64,000 nucleotides of DNA from an uncultured SAR116 cluster alpha proteobacterium. Its GTDB lineage: Bacteria; Pseudomonadota; Alphaproteobacteria; Puniceispirillales; Puniceispirillaceae. The stretch lies in NCBI GenBank assembly GCA_902523435.1, contig CABYZM010000001.1, positions 22,354 to 86,353 on the forward strand, read 5' to 3'. Shown here piece by piece: positions 1 to 10,547 of this stretch (positions within the stretch are counted from its first letter, which is position 1; each line of letters starts with the position of its first letter). Made by a program: the position numbers and the translations under genes. The notes under the pieces were generated by a model, which was not told where the DNA came from, searched no databases, and saw nothing but the letters and a program-made list of their open reading frames with translations.

Positions 1-89
1 ACGAGTGCGAAACTGTGGCAGCTGGCGGATATACTGGCTTTAAAATAAGCTCTTAAAAATCAATAGAAGAAGTATTTTTAGGACGGAGT

Positions 90-1712
90 ATGCAAATTAA
101 CCAAACAACTTTCGACTACATCATAGTGGGTGCTGGAAGTGCAGGATGTATTCTTGCTAACCGCCTTAGTGCATGCGGCAAGCACAGCGTTTTGGTTTTA
201 GAAGCTGGTGGACGTGACTGGCACCCAATTTTGTATATCCCGGCTGGTTTCATGAAAACACTAGTTAACCCAAATTTTAACTGGATGTATGAAAGCAGTC
301 CCTCAGAGGGAACCAACGGTCGCATCATCCCAGCACCCAGAGGAAAAGTGCTGGGCGGCTCAAGTTCAATTAATGGCATGGGCTTTAATCGTGGGCAAAA
401 AATGGATTTTGACGTGTGGGCTCAAATGGGGAATTCAGGATGGTCATACGATGACATACTCCCATATTTTAAGCGCTTTGAAAGCTATGTTTCAAAAGAA
501 GACCAGAGTTATCGGGGTGCCACTGGGGAGGTCACAATTAGTGACTTAAATTGGAATGACACACTATGCGAAGCCTTTATGGATGGAGCAGAAAGCTTAG
601 GAATAAAGAAAAACCCCGACTATAATGGGGCAGATCAAGAGGGTATATCCTACCTTCAAAGAACAGTTAAAGGAAGAACGAGGATGAGCGCATCTCGGGC
701 CTTCCTAAATCCTGCAAGGAAAAGACAAAACCTTGAAATCCTAACTCACGCACATGTAACGCGCATTATATTTAGTAAACAAAAGGCAATTGGAATCTCT
801 TGCGTGATCGGCAAAAGCGCGGAAGCAGAAAAAACAATTTATGCAAATAAAGAAATAATTTTATCAGCAGGAGCAATTAACTCACCTCACTTACTGCAAT
901 TATCTGGTGTTGGTTGTTCAAAATTGCTTCAAAAAATTGGTGGCAAGATTAAACATGAACTGCCAGGTGTTGGTGAGAACTTAAGAGACCATTATGCAAC
1001 ACGCCTTACCTGCCGCGTGGAAGGTGTGAACACAATTAACAATCGGGCCAGAGGCTTACCTCTTTTAGGGGAAATATTTAAATACTTTATCGGAAGACGT
1101 TCAATTTTAGAACTTGGTCCTACCGCAATTTTTTGTTTCCTGCGGTCTGATACAAATCTAGACCAACCTGACATTCAAATCAACTTTACCCCTGGGACCC
1201 ATCAACATGGAATGCAATCTACCTTGGAAAGAGATGCGGGTTTTACTCTAGCTACGTGGCAACACAGGCCAGAAAGTTTCGGCTATGTTAGAGCAAAAAA
1301 CACTGACCCGTTTCATAATCCAGAAATCCAGCCTAACTATCTTCAAGCAGACATTGATCAAAGAGTTATAGTAGAGGCAATAAAAATTTGCCGGGGGCTG
1401 ACGCAGACCAACGCTCTCAAACCATATTTTGTAGAGGAGACCTATCCTGGTATGCACTGTGTTTCAAACGATGAGCTTTTAAACTCAGCTCGTGAGATCG
1501 GTCAGTCGATATATCATTTAATGGGCACTTGCCAAATGGGGCCAAAAACCAATCGAATGTCAGTTGTTGACCATCAATTAAAAGTGCATGGTATCCAGAA
1601 CTTACGTGTTATAGACGCTTCAATTATGCCAACAATGGTGTCAGCGAACTTAAACGCTGCTGTTATGATGATAGCAGAGAAAGGCGCTGACCTGATTTTA
1701 GGAAGAAATTGA
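90..1712 (+). CDS. GMC oxidoreductase (choline dehydrogenase-like flavoprotein)
   Basis: GAGSAG FAD motif, RGKVLGGSSSING, C-terminal YH..GTC and NLNAAVMMIAEK; GGAG RBS upstream. Confidence 0.9.
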   Translation: MQINQTTFDYIIVGAGSAGCILANRLSACGKHSVLVLEAGGRDWHPILYIPAGFMKTLVNPNFNWMYESSPSEGTNGRIIPAPRGKVLGGSSSINGMGFNRGQKMDFDVWAQMGNSGWSYDDILPYFKRFESYVSKEDQSYRGATGEVTISDLNWNDTLCEAFMDGAESLGIKKNPDYNGADQEGISYLQRTVKGRTRMSASRAFLNPARKRQNLEILTHAHVTRIIFSKQKAIGISCVIGKSAEAEKTIYANKEIILSAGAINSPHLLQLSGVGCSKLLQKIGGKIKHELPGVGENLRDHYATRLTCRVEGVNTINNRARGLPLLGEIFKYFIGRRSILELGPTAIFCFLRSDTNLDQPDIQINFTPGTHQHGMQSTLERDAGFTLATWQHRPESFGYVRAKNTDPFHNPEIQPNYLQADIDQRVIVEAIKICRGLTQTNALKPYFVEETYPGMHCVSNDELLNSAREIGQSIYHLMGTCQMGPKTNRMSVVDHQLKVHGIQNLRVIDASIMPTMVSANLNAAVMMIAEKGADLILGRN

Positions 1713-1765
1713 AAATTTGAACGAGATCTAAGTTTTCTTGCGTAACATTCAAAACTCAAAACGAT

Positions 1766-2884
1766 TTAAAGAACTCTGAATTCTTCAATCTGCTTAAAAT
1801 CAAACTCAATTCCTAAACCATAACCTTTTCCTAATTCCATAGAACCTGATGATTTATCTAACATAGAGTCAACAATTAATGAACGAAGTGGATTATTGTT
1901 GAAATCAACTTCAAGCATTCCATTCCCACCCACTGCTGCCAAAGCATGAGCCGAAGCAACTAAACCAACACCGCCTCCAAGATAATGGGGGCAATAACTC
2001 TTTCGGGAAGATAATATTTTTTGAGCAACAGGAATGGTTTTTGTTAACCCTCCCCATTTAGCTAAATCTGGCTGAATCACGTCTAACACGCCTTCAGAAA
2101 GCAAGCTGTTAAACCCCTGCACTCCCATAACATTCTCACCGCCAGCAAGGGGCGTTGTGCCAGTCTCATGTAATTTTCTCCATTCATCGCTGGGACGGTC
2201 AACTGGTATTGGTTCCTCCAACCATGATAAATTATATTCTGAAATTTTATCCATCATTTGCAGGGCTTCATTCACATCCCAGGCCTGGTTAGCATCAGTC
2301 ATGAGCTTTTCATTTTCACCTACAAGTGTTTTGAGAGACTTTATATTTTGAATGTCTTTCTTCTTATCAAAACCTATCTTTAGCTTGAGAGCTTTAAACC
2401 CTTTGTCTAACGCATTTTCAGCCATTTTTTCAGCGCCCTCTGGATTTATTCCACTCGCGTAAATAGGTACCTCACTTTTTTTTCCACCATAGAATTCCCA
2501 TAAAGGCTTTGATAACTTACGAGCGAAAAGGTCATTGAGCGCTATATCAATGCCTGCAATGCTTTGAGCCAATGGACCGAATTCTCCAGTCTGAAGTCCC
2601 AAAACCCACGTATTTTTTGTCAAGTAATCAAAAGCATCTTCTGGGCTTTCAAATGTCTGAGATGAGAGTAATGGTGAGAAAATGCTGTTAACCAGATTAG
2701 CGCGATGTTCTGCTCCAACCGAAGGAAAATTACACCAAATTTCACCAATCCCAGTAACACCCTCGTCGTCTAACAGCTTAACTAAAACCATCGGGCGGTC
2801 GCGCATGATTCCAAAAGATGTCTGAACAGGAGTTTTAAGAGGACATCTGTAAACAGCTGTTTCCAAGCTTCGTATCTTTATCAT
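1766..2884 (-). CDS. Mandelate racemase/muconate lactonizing (enolase superfamily) enzyme
   Basis: KLKIG, DANQ, WLEEP, GGEN, QPD.AKWGG and PH motifs; GEIWCNFP in N-terminal domain. Confidence 0.88.
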   Translation of the reverse strand: MIKIRSLETAVYRCPLKTPVQTSFGIMRDRPMVLVKLLDDEGVTGIGEIWCNFPSVGAEHRANLVNSIFSPLLSSQTFESPEDAFDYLTKNTWVLGLQTGEFGPLAQSIAGIDIALNDLFARKLSKPLWEFYGGKKSEVPIYASGINPEGAEKMAENALDKGFKALKLKIGFDKKKDIQNIKSLKTLVGENEKLMTDANQAWDVNEALQMMDKISEYNLSWLEEPIPVDRPSDEWRKLHETGTTPLAGGENVMGVQGFNSLLSEGVLDVIQPDLAKWGGLTKTIPVAQKILSSRKSYCPHYLGGGVGLVASAHALAAVGGNGMLEVDFNNNPLRSLIVDSMLDKSSGSMELGKGYGLGIEFDFKQIEEFRVL

Positions 2885-2932
2885 TTACCGAACCATTGTT
2901 TCAAAAATTTATATTTTTAGACGGAAGCATCT

Positions 2933-3877
2933 TTACTTCTTTGTTGTCACTGCATTAACCCCAAATTGTGTTTTGGGGTCTTTGACTGGCCGAGTAGGCA
3001 ACCCGTAATGTCTTGAGCGTTCGAAGATTGGAAGGCCAGATGCGAGCATTGAATTTAGAAACCAAACCATTGCATTCGTTACTTCAAGAGGCCTTTCACG
3101 TGTCACAAAATGCCCAGAGTCCAAAACTAAAATTGCTTCAAGCCCAGGCAAATAGTCATCCATACCAATACAATATTCAATTGGTTGACGGGGATCATGC
3201 TCACCATGAATATACAAAATTGGCATTTTAAATTTTGAAAGGTCAACCGGCTCACTTTTTCTAATATCACGGAAATACCGAGGAATGGCATCCCCTGTTC
3301 CTGGTTCAGAAAACTCCAAAATTATTTCTTCCAGCTCAGCATCTGACGGCACGAGGTCGGGCTTGCAGGAGCTCTCAAACCAAACTCTCACGTAAGCTTC
3401 AGCTTTATTCATTAATTTTGCAGCCTCCTCTACATTCTCAGCATTCCACTGATGATGCAAAGAATTACGAGGGTCATATTCATGCAGAGACAAACAACAA
3501 CGAATATATCGCAACACACGATCCGGTGCTTGATTTATTATATTATCGGAGATGGCAACACCCCAATCATGTCCAGCCAAATGAAAATTACTTACTTCAA
3601 TACAATTGAGAAGTTTGATTATTTCTGAGGCTACCGCGGTCATTGAATAATCACCGTCCTCTTTACCAGACTTACCATACCCTTTTAAGTCGACAGCTAT
3701 AACGCGAAATTGTTTTGATAAACTTGGGATTTGATGTTTCCAACACTGCCAACTCTCTGGAATTCCGTGTAGAAGAACAATTGGTGTGCCCTCACCTTGC
3801 TCCACCCAGTGCCATTTAATCCCGTCAACATCCAAATAATGATGTGAAACGTTAATTTCGTTCATTACCAACTCCAA
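2933..3877 (-). CDS. Alpha/beta hydrolase, epoxide hydrolase/dehalogenase-like (Asp nucleophile)
   Basis: HGIP oxyanion motif, DLKGYG, GHDWG nucleophile elbow, C-terminal SGHF; start may be at 3865. Confidence 0.85.
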   Translation of the reverse strand: MELVMNEINVSHHYLDVDGIKWHWVEQGEGTPIVLLHGIPESWQCWKHQIPSLSKQFRVIAVDLKGYGKSGKEDGDYSMTAVASEIIKLLNCIEVSNFHLAGHDWGVAISDNIINQAPDRVLRYIRCCLSLHEYDPRNSLHHQWNAENVEEAAKLMNKAEAYVRVWFESSCKPDLVPSDAELEEIILEFSEPGTGDAIPRYFRDIRKSEPVDLSKFKMPILYIHGEHDPRQPIEYCIGMDDYLPGLEAILVLDSGHFVTRERPLEVTNAMVWFLNSMLASGLPIFERSRHYGLPTRPVKDPKTQFGVNAVTTKK

Positions 3878-4046
3878 TAGCAGTTTTGAGGTTTGCTGCG
3901 TTTAACTCTTCCATTTGATAGTACCTCTTGTTTGAAGATTGACAAATTAATTGAGGAAAGGTGTTCTGGATGGTTCAAGGATTTAGAATAGCAGCATTCG
4001 GAAGGACTTTATAATTTCCACAAATTCTCAAAAAGGAATAAGATTT

Positions 4047-4883
4047 ATGGTCGTTGCCATGGTCTGCTTTGCAGTCCAAGATGGTCTTTCACGACACTTA
4101 GCAGAGAACTATAATGTCATTACAACAGTGGCAATTAGATATGCATTTTTTATAGTTTTTGTTCTTTTTTACGGGCACTTTATAATTGGTAGCCTAAAGA
4201 GAATGGCATCCACAAAAAATGCGCCATTACAGATCATTCGCGGCCTTATTTTGGCACTTATGAGTTCGCTCGCAATTATGAGTACCGTAAGGAACGGTCT
4301 TGTGAATTTCCATTCAATATTCGCAAGCTATCCATTAATTATATTGGCGCTCTCGGCACCACTTTTATCTGAACATGTAAGATGGCGTCAGTGGATTGCG
4401 GTTATAGTATGCTTTATTGGCGTTATTTTGATTCTAAGACCTGACACAAATCTTGTTAATTCAGGAAGTATTCTTGCAATTTCAGCAGCGGTTTTAATGG
4501 CAATATATGGAATACTTACACGTTTTGCTTCAAAGACTGACGATGCTTATACAAGTCTTTTTTGGGCGGCAACCGTTGGGGGCTCTGCGATGCTTTTCCT
4601 ATTAGTATTTCATTTGGACCCTCCAAAAGGTAGCGACTGGTTCTGGATGGGAGCTTTGTGCGTAGTAGGTGCGTTTGGACATTTCTTATTGATCAAAGCT
4701 TTATCAACAGTTGAAGCCGCCACTATCCAGCCATTTGCCTATTTACAATTACTTTTTGCATCTTCAATCGGTATTTTTTTCTTTAAGGACGAGTTTAACT
4801 TCATAATTTTCATAGGCTGTGCATTGATTGTTGGAGCAGGACTAGTTTCTTTCAGAATAGCCAGTAAGGTTTCAAAGAATTAG
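4047..4883 (+). CDS. DMT/EamA family transporter
   Basis: About 10 hydrophobic segments; LLSE.V..RQW..V..GFIGV..ILRP-like pattern; QPFAYLQL. Confidence 0.85.
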   Translation: MVVAMVCFAVQDGLSRHLAENYNVITTVAIRYAFFIVFVLFYGHFIIGSLKRMASTKNAPLQIIRGLILALMSSLAIMSTVRNGLVNFHSIFASYPLIILALSAPLLSEHVRWRQWIAVIVCFIGVILILRPDTNLVNSGSILAISAAVLMAIYGILTRFASKTDDAYTSLFWAATVGGSAMLFLLVFHLDPPKGSDWFWMGALCVVGAFGHFLLIKALSTVEAATIQPFAYLQLLFASSIGIFFFKDEFNFIIFIGCALIVGAGLVSFRIASKVSKN

Positions 4884-4984
4884 GGCCAAAGCCTGAACTA
4901 TAACGCTGAAATTGTTTGATAATGCCATTGTATTGTTTCTCTGTTTAATAGACACTTCATTTGTAGAAAGGCTGGAAATAGGAA

Positions 4985-6595
4985 ATGAATCAGACAAACG
5001 TTCAAAATTTCACTCATATAGTAATAGGCGCTGGTTCAGCAGGGTGTCTTCTTGCAAATCGACTAAGCGCAAGACCAAACAACCGTATTTTACTCATTGA
5101 AGCTGGCGGATGGAATAACGGTTTCTGGCTGAAGCTGCCCGTTGGTTATTATAAAACAATGAACAACCCAGACGTATCAAGACATTTTGCAACAGAACCA
5201 AGTACAGGCTTTGACGGACGGGTTGTTAATTGGCCACGCGGACGTGTGATTGGCGGCTCGAGCAGCATTAATGGACTAATATTTATTCGTGGACAACATG
5301 AAAATTTTAATGATTGGGCGTCCCTTGGCAATAAAGGATGGTCATATCAAGAAGTGCTTCCATACTTCAGAAAATTAGAATGCTATAAAGGACCTCCTTC
5401 GCAATTTCATGGACAACACGGAGAACTTCAAGTCTCCCAATTGCGAAATCAACACCCACATTGCGAAGCGTGGCTTGAGGCGGCGAATGAGTACGGTCTC
5501 CCTTCAAACCCAGATTTCAATGCAGAAACCACCGAAGGTGTAGGGGGATATCATCTTTCCATTGGCTCACGGTGGCGAAGCAGTTCTGCAAGCGCCTTTT
5601 TAAATCCAATCAAAAACAGGGAAAATCTTACCATATTTACAAATACAATGGTAACAAAAATTCTTTTCAAGAACAAAAGAGCAATTGGTGTTCAACTATC
5701 AAGAAAAGGTGTCGTCTCTAAGGTTTTCGCCGAAGCTGAAATAATACTATCGGCAGGTTCAATACAGTCTCCTCAAATTTTACAACTATCTGGAATTGGT
5801 CCGGGAAAACTGCTCAAAAACTTCGAGATTGATGTGGTATCGAACAGTAATGGAGTGGGAAAAAACCTTCAAGACCATTATCAGATGAGAACGATTGTAA
5901 GAATGCGGTCGAAAAAATCTCTAAATAATCAGATAAGGAATCCCTTTTCTCTTATAAAGATGGGCTTGGATTGGGCAATAAGCGGAAAAGGAGCACTCAC
6001 TGTGGGAGCAGGTCAGGTTGGCGGGGCAATGCGAACAAAGTTTGCCCCTGACCAAAAGCCTGACCTTCAGCTGTTTATAATGCCATTGTCTGTAGACAAG
6101 CCGGGCGAGCCACTGCACAAATATTCAGGTTTTACCAGTGCCATATGGCAATGTCATCCAAGCTCCCGTGGAAAAATCGAAATTACCTCTCAAGACCCAA
6201 ATAAGAGTCCAAGAATTGAGCCTAATTATCTTTGCGAAGAGCTTGACCAAAAAACCATGATTGAGGGTATAAAAATTCTCCGGGAGATTTATGTACAACC
6301 TAAATTCCGAGACCTCTGGGAAGAAGAAGTTGTGCCTGGAATTGATGTAAAAAGTGATAAAGAAATTTTGAGAGCCATTCGCCAAGGTGGTGGTACCGTA
6401 TATCATCCGGTTGGAACCTGTAAGATGGGTGTAGATAAGGAGGCAGTTGTGTCTCCTGACTTACGTGTGCATGGTGTGGATGGCTTAAGGGTTGTGGATG
6501 CGTCTATTATGCCCTTAATTACATCTGCAAATACCAATGCACCAACACTTATGATTGCTGAAAAAGCAGCAGACTTAATCCTTAGGGATTGCTGA
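4985..6595 (+). CDS. GMC oxidoreductase (choline dehydrogenase-like)
   Basis: GAGSAG, RGRVIGGSSSING, YHPVGTC, NTNAPTLMIAEK. Confidence 0.9.
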   Translation: MNQTNVQNFTHIVIGAGSAGCLLANRLSARPNNRILLIEAGGWNNGFWLKLPVGYYKTMNNPDVSRHFATEPSTGFDGRVVNWPRGRVIGGSSSINGLIFIRGQHENFNDWASLGNKGWSYQEVLPYFRKLECYKGPPSQFHGQHGELQVSQLRNQHPHCEAWLEAANEYGLPSNPDFNAETTEGVGGYHLSIGSRWRSSSASAFLNPIKNRENLTIFTNTMVTKILFKNKRAIGVQLSRKGVVSKVFAEAEIILSAGSIQSPQILQLSGIGPGKLLKNFEIDVVSNSNGVGKNLQDHYQMRTIVRMRSKKSLNNQIRNPFSLIKMGLDWAISGKGALTVGAGQVGGAMRTKFAPDQKPDLQLFIMPLSVDKPGEPLHKYSGFTSAIWQCHPSSRGKIEITSQDPNKSPRIEPNYLCEELDQKTMIEGIKILREIYVQPKFRDLWEEEVVPGIDVKSDKEILRAIRQGGGTVYHPVGTCKMGVDKEAVVSPDLRVHGVDGLRVVDASIMPLITSANTNAPTLMIAEKAADLILRDC

Positions 6596-6632
6596 TTTAA
6601 ATTATTGAAACTGAATTTTATAGGAGAACAAG

Positions 6633-8069
6633 ATGTCTTACCCCCAATTACAAATGCTCATTGCTGGTGAATGGACCAATGGCACATCGGGTGTCACTGA
6701 AAACGTTATTTGTCCTGCAGATGGAACTGTTCTTGGCGAATTACCGCATGCAAGCAAAGAGGATTTAGATGATGCGCTGAACAGCAGCTTTGAGGGCTTT
6801 AACAAGTGGCGCAGTGAGACGCCCCTGAATCGCCAGTCTATCTTGGAAAAAGCAGCGAAAATATTAGAGCGCGAATTTGAAAAGAATTCTGAAAACCTAA
6901 CCCGTGAAATGGGTAAGCCGCTAGTCGAAGCCAAGATAGAGATGCAAGTAGCAATTGATTTATTACGATGGTACGGCGAAGAGGGAAAACGCGTCTATGG
7001 ACGCATTATTCCCTCAAGAATTCCAAATATGGAACACGAGGCCAGAAAAGTGCCCGTAGGGCCGGTTCTAGCATTTGTTGCGTGGAATTTTCCTGCTACC
7101 AACGTGATGAGAAAGGTTGCTGGGGCATTAGCAGCTGGATGCTCAATTACGATCAAACCCAGTGAAGAGACCCCAGCAACAGCAATAGCGATTGGTAAAG
7201 CACTGATGGAAGCTGGCTTGCCAGCCGGAGTTTTAAATATAGTATTTGGTGTACCCTCTGAAGTATCAGAGCACTTGCTCGCTTCTCCAATTCCAAGAAA
7301 ACTGAGTTTCACTGGCAGTGTGCCTGTAGGAATTCATCTGCAAAAACTGGCAGCACAAAATTTGATTAGGTGCACAATGGAACTCGGAGGACATTCGCCT
7401 GTGATGATTTTCAAAGACGCAGATATTGAATCTGCTGTAAAACATTGTGCAGCAGGCAAATTTCGAAATGCTGGCCAAGTGTGTATTTCACCAACAAGAT
7501 TTTTTATTGAAGAGCCAGTTTATAATGAATTCATTAAATCATTCAAAAGTCATGTTGAAGCAATAAATGTTGGAGACGGACTTGACTCAAAGTCAACTAT
7601 GGGACCATTAGTGGCAGACCGACGATTGGAAGTAATGGAAGACTTCATATCTGATGCGATTTCAAGCGGAGGAGAAGTAATTTCTGGAGGTGGAAGAGGT
7701 CAAAGCCCGGGCTCATTCTTTGAACCTACTCTGATCAGAAATGTTCCTGATACTGCAAAAATCATGATTGAAGAGCCATTTGGCCCAGTGGCTCCCAGCG
7801 CATCATTTTCATCTATCGATGAAATTATAGAAAGAGCAAATTCTTTGCCCTTTGGCCTCGCATCTTATGCATTTACTAGCAATCCAAGAACTAGTCAGAT
7901 ATTAAAATCGGAAATTGAATCTGGAATGCTTGCAATAAATTCTATGCACATTCATTCAGTCGAAACGCCATTTGGCGGACTAAAGCACAGTGGATATGGT
8001 TATGAGGGGAGCATAGAAGGACTAGAAGCTTTTCTGGTAACAAAATATTCTAGTGAGATATACACTTAA
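6633..8069 (+). CDS. NAD-dependent aldehyde dehydrogenase, alpha-ketoglutaric semialdehyde/succinate semialdehyde dehydrogenase type
   Basis: WNFP, FTGS, MELGGH, KFRNAGQVCISP (catalytic Cys), EEPFGP; AGGAG RBS. Confidence 0.88.
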   Translation: MSYPQLQMLIAGEWTNGTSGVTENVICPADGTVLGELPHASKEDLDDALNSSFEGFNKWRSETPLNRQSILEKAAKILEREFEKNSENLTREMGKPLVEAKIEMQVAIDLLRWYGEEGKRVYGRIIPSRIPNMEHEARKVPVGPVLAFVAWNFPATNVMRKVAGALAAGCSITIKPSEETPATAIAIGKALMEAGLPAGVLNIVFGVPSEVSEHLLASPIPRKLSFTGSVPVGIHLQKLAAQNLIRCTMELGGHSPVMIFKDADIESAVKHCAAGKFRNAGQVCISPTRFFIEEPVYNEFIKSFKSHVEAINVGDGLDSKSTMGPLVADRRLEVMEDFISDAISSGGEVISGGGRGQSPGSFFEPTLIRNVPDTAKIMIEEPFGPVAPSASFSSIDEIIERANSLPFGLASYAFTSNPRTSQILKSEIESGMLAINSMHIHSVETPFGGLKHSGYGYEGSIEGLEAFLVTKYSSEIYT

Positions 8070-8103
8070 ACTGTTGCGCCAAATCAATGTCAGATAATTC
8101 GAA

Positions 8104-8129
8104 TGCCTAGCCTTTTCATAGGCTGGGCA
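8104..8129. terminator. Probable bidirectional intrinsic terminator hairpin between convergent genes
   Basis: TGCCTAGCCT-TTTCAT-AGGCTGGGCA stem with one G-U pair. Confidence 0.55.
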
Positions 8130-8181
8130 ACTTTCTATCGAAGCTAGCGCCCTTGAGGTATCTCAAACAGAAATTCATGCG

Positions 8182-10518
8182 CTATCTGTAAACGTAGATT
8201 GGACTTGTCCAGGCTAATGTTCCGTCTTCCTGAGTGAGTCTTACAAAGATAGGATTGTCATCTTTTGAATTTAGTTCTACAGGATATTTCACTTGCATTG
8301 TTTTATGACGGTTTTCGGTCGGTAGTCTGAAAACCTTCAAATATCTCGGCAAAACACCGCTATTATCAAAAATTTCATCCTCAAAGCCTATGTCTTCAAT
8401 TGGAATGCCTGCCTTAACAAGGGGCGTTTCGATTTTTAGTGTGCCACTATAAGGATCAGCTAATATCATATCAAAACCACCGATGTTGCCAGTGGTTAGT
8501 GCCCTCCATGTCATTTCATTAGGGGAAGACTGAATGAGACTTTTGTCCTTATTGAAGAAATTTATAGCCTTGGATGAAACTACCTCATTATCTGATAAAT
8601 AAGCTGAACCATCCCAAATTACCTGTCTAAAACGCCCTCGATACTCCGCACCCTCCCAGATAATCCTGATTCTGTTTCCTAATTCGTCCTGTTTATAGGG
8701 CTTTACTGTTTCGAGTTTCTCAAGACCATTGAATATGTCTATTCGCTCAATAGGTGCGCTGCACTTAACCTCAATGTTTAACTCCATTTGTCCGTTGGGT
8801 AGATGAACTATGTCTCCCATTAGAGCACTATTTGACACAGTGCTATTTGAGGAAAATAGCTTCGGATCATCGTTATATATTTGGCCAGATTCAGAAAATT
8901 TAGCTGTCACATTTATTAGTGGCCGACCATGCTCTCCCCCAGTGGTCGCATAATGCCGACGTTTACGAATGCAATCTAAAATCGACTCTCTGGCCAGTTC
9001 ATTGACTAGAAAGCAAGTTAAACCGCCTACCGCACCAAACAAAGCAGCTCCAGGATAACTAGCTCCCGGCCTTCCCTTATGACCATCTGAATTCGCCACA
9101 ATCCCGACCCGATAACCAAGACGAAAAGCATCTTGAATCAACCACTCAAAAGTACCCCAACTAGAGTGTATTTCCATCGACTTTTCAAAACGTCCGTCAT
9201 GGGCTAGTTCAATATCTGCGTAGCGTCCTCCACAATGAGCATAGACCACAACATCCGACTCATCATTTTCTGCAAAAGCAGAGAACAATTCTGTAGCTGA
9301 ATTACAGTCAGTAGATATATCCGAATGGTCACTCACTAGTGCGTGTGACGAGCGACGAAGAGTTCGGCCTTCAGTAGGGAAATATATGTTTCGGTCTCCA
9401 CCAAGGCCTGTATTTCCTGACCATTCATATCCTGGAATCGCAATAAATTTTCCATCTTGATTGAACTTTTTACAAAGCTCATCAAGATGTTTCCAAAAAT
9501 CAGTAGTGATTTGGAAATCATTTCCCTGATGTCCAGAAACATCAACAAAAGCCAGATCGCGGGCAAATTTGAAGTAAGCTTCCGCAGAATTAGTGCCTAT
9601 GGTCTCCTCTGATTGTCCGTGCAAATCACCCCAAAAATGTCTAGATTGCGGTTTTTCTTCAATTCTTATTGGATTTGTCTCAAAAGCAATATTGTTCACG
9701 TCATTCGTAAATTCAACAGTGAAATCTTCTGCCGTCTGAACCCTCAGGTCTGACAATGTTGCCGTGAACTCTCCGGGCTTAAGTGTCACCTTCTTGGGAA
9801 GGCCTTCAATTTTACAAGTCGAAATTGCATCAAATTCATAATCGCACAAGTTAGTTGGGTTTCCCCATTTATCTTCACCTTTTATTTTGATCTGAAATGG
9901 CTCACCTACTGCCCGGATAGTTGGTCCAATTGCTAAAAATCTTTCTGCAGGCCCTGGGACAATTTTGATGGTAGGTTGTTCGGGCATCGGTTGATAGCAA
10001 TAGGTAGCAATAGGGTCGACCAACGTGTGAAATTCATAACTTTCCTCGCAAAACGTTTGAAGTCGCATTCCTGGCGACCCTTTCGATTTATCGCCGAATT
10101 TTACTGTTATTGTATCACCCTCTTTGAGGAAACCACGAACAACTTTAATATATAAAGTCCTATCCCAGGGCCTCACATTGCCCTTTGGATCATAGTGATA
10201 ATTCAAGACGGCATTATTTGAAGCAACAATGGTTGTATAATTTGGTCCTGTTGGATTCTCAAATTGCGGCCTTGTTTGGTCACTAGCAAACCTAAAACAA
10301 ATTCTCATAGAGCCAGAGTCATCAATGCCAAACTTACCCGCTGTGTATACCAGTGTAAACGTTTGATAGCTTCCAGCTTCAAATGAACCGGATGGACTAA
10401 TTGAGACTGAACCTAATTCTTCGGAAGGAATGGGAAATGCAACTGGACTGCTTTTTTCGCCTCCCACACCTCCTCCAGAATGAATGTCATCTCGGCTTCC
10501 CAAAGGAATCTCAGTCAT
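8182..10518 (-). CDS. DUF3604-like / PHP-fold metal-dependent hydrolase, function unknown
   Basis: WGDLHGQS, GH.GND, GYEWS, EIHS.WG, NSDGHKGRPG, R.R.HYATTG and C-terminal AWTSPIYV motifs. Confidence 0.75.
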   Translation of the reverse strand: MTEIPLGSRDDIHSGGGVGGEKSSPVAFPIPSEELGSVSISPSGSFEAGSYQTFTLVYTAGKFGIDDSGSMRICFRFASDQTRPQFENPTGPNYTTIVASNNAVLNYHYDPKGNVRPWDRTLYIKVVRGFLKEGDTITVKFGDKSKGSPGMRLQTFCEESYEFHTLVDPIATYCYQPMPEQPTIKIVPGPAERFLAIGPTIRAVGEPFQIKIKGEDKWGNPTNLCDYEFDAISTCKIEGLPKKVTLKPGEFTATLSDLRVQTAEDFTVEFTNDVNNIAFETNPIRIEEKPQSRHFWGDLHGQSEETIGTNSAEAYFKFARDLAFVDVSGHQGNDFQITTDFWKHLDELCKKFNQDGKFIAIPGYEWSGNTGLGGDRNIYFPTEGRTLRRSSHALVSDHSDISTDCNSATELFSAFAENDESDVVVYAHCGGRYADIELAHDGRFEKSMEIHSSWGTFEWLIQDAFRLGYRVGIVANSDGHKGRPGASYPGAALFGAVGGLTCFLVNELARESILDCIRKRRHYATTGGEHGRPLINVTAKFSESGQIYNDDPKLFSSNSTVSNSALMGDIVHLPNGQMELNIEVKCSAPIERIDIFNGLEKLETVKPYKQDELGNRIRIIWEGAEYRGRFRQVIWDGSAYLSDNEVVSSKAINFFNKDKSLIQSSPNEMTWRALTTGNIGGFDMILADPYSGTLKIETPLVKAGIPIEDIGFEDEIFDNSGVLPRYLKVFRLPTENRHKTMQVKYPVELNSKDDNPIFVRLTQEDGTLAWTSPIYVYR

Positions 10519-10547
10519 TTTAAAATCTCTAATTTTTCGGTCTTGTT

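Noticed and set aside
1-56. 3' end of an upstream gene
   Set aside because: Two plus-strand frames are open (stops at 48 and 56) and the fragment is too short to assign.
90-1712. Assigning betA to any of the three GMC genes
   Set aside because: Only family-level motifs are visible and there is no betB/betI/betC context.
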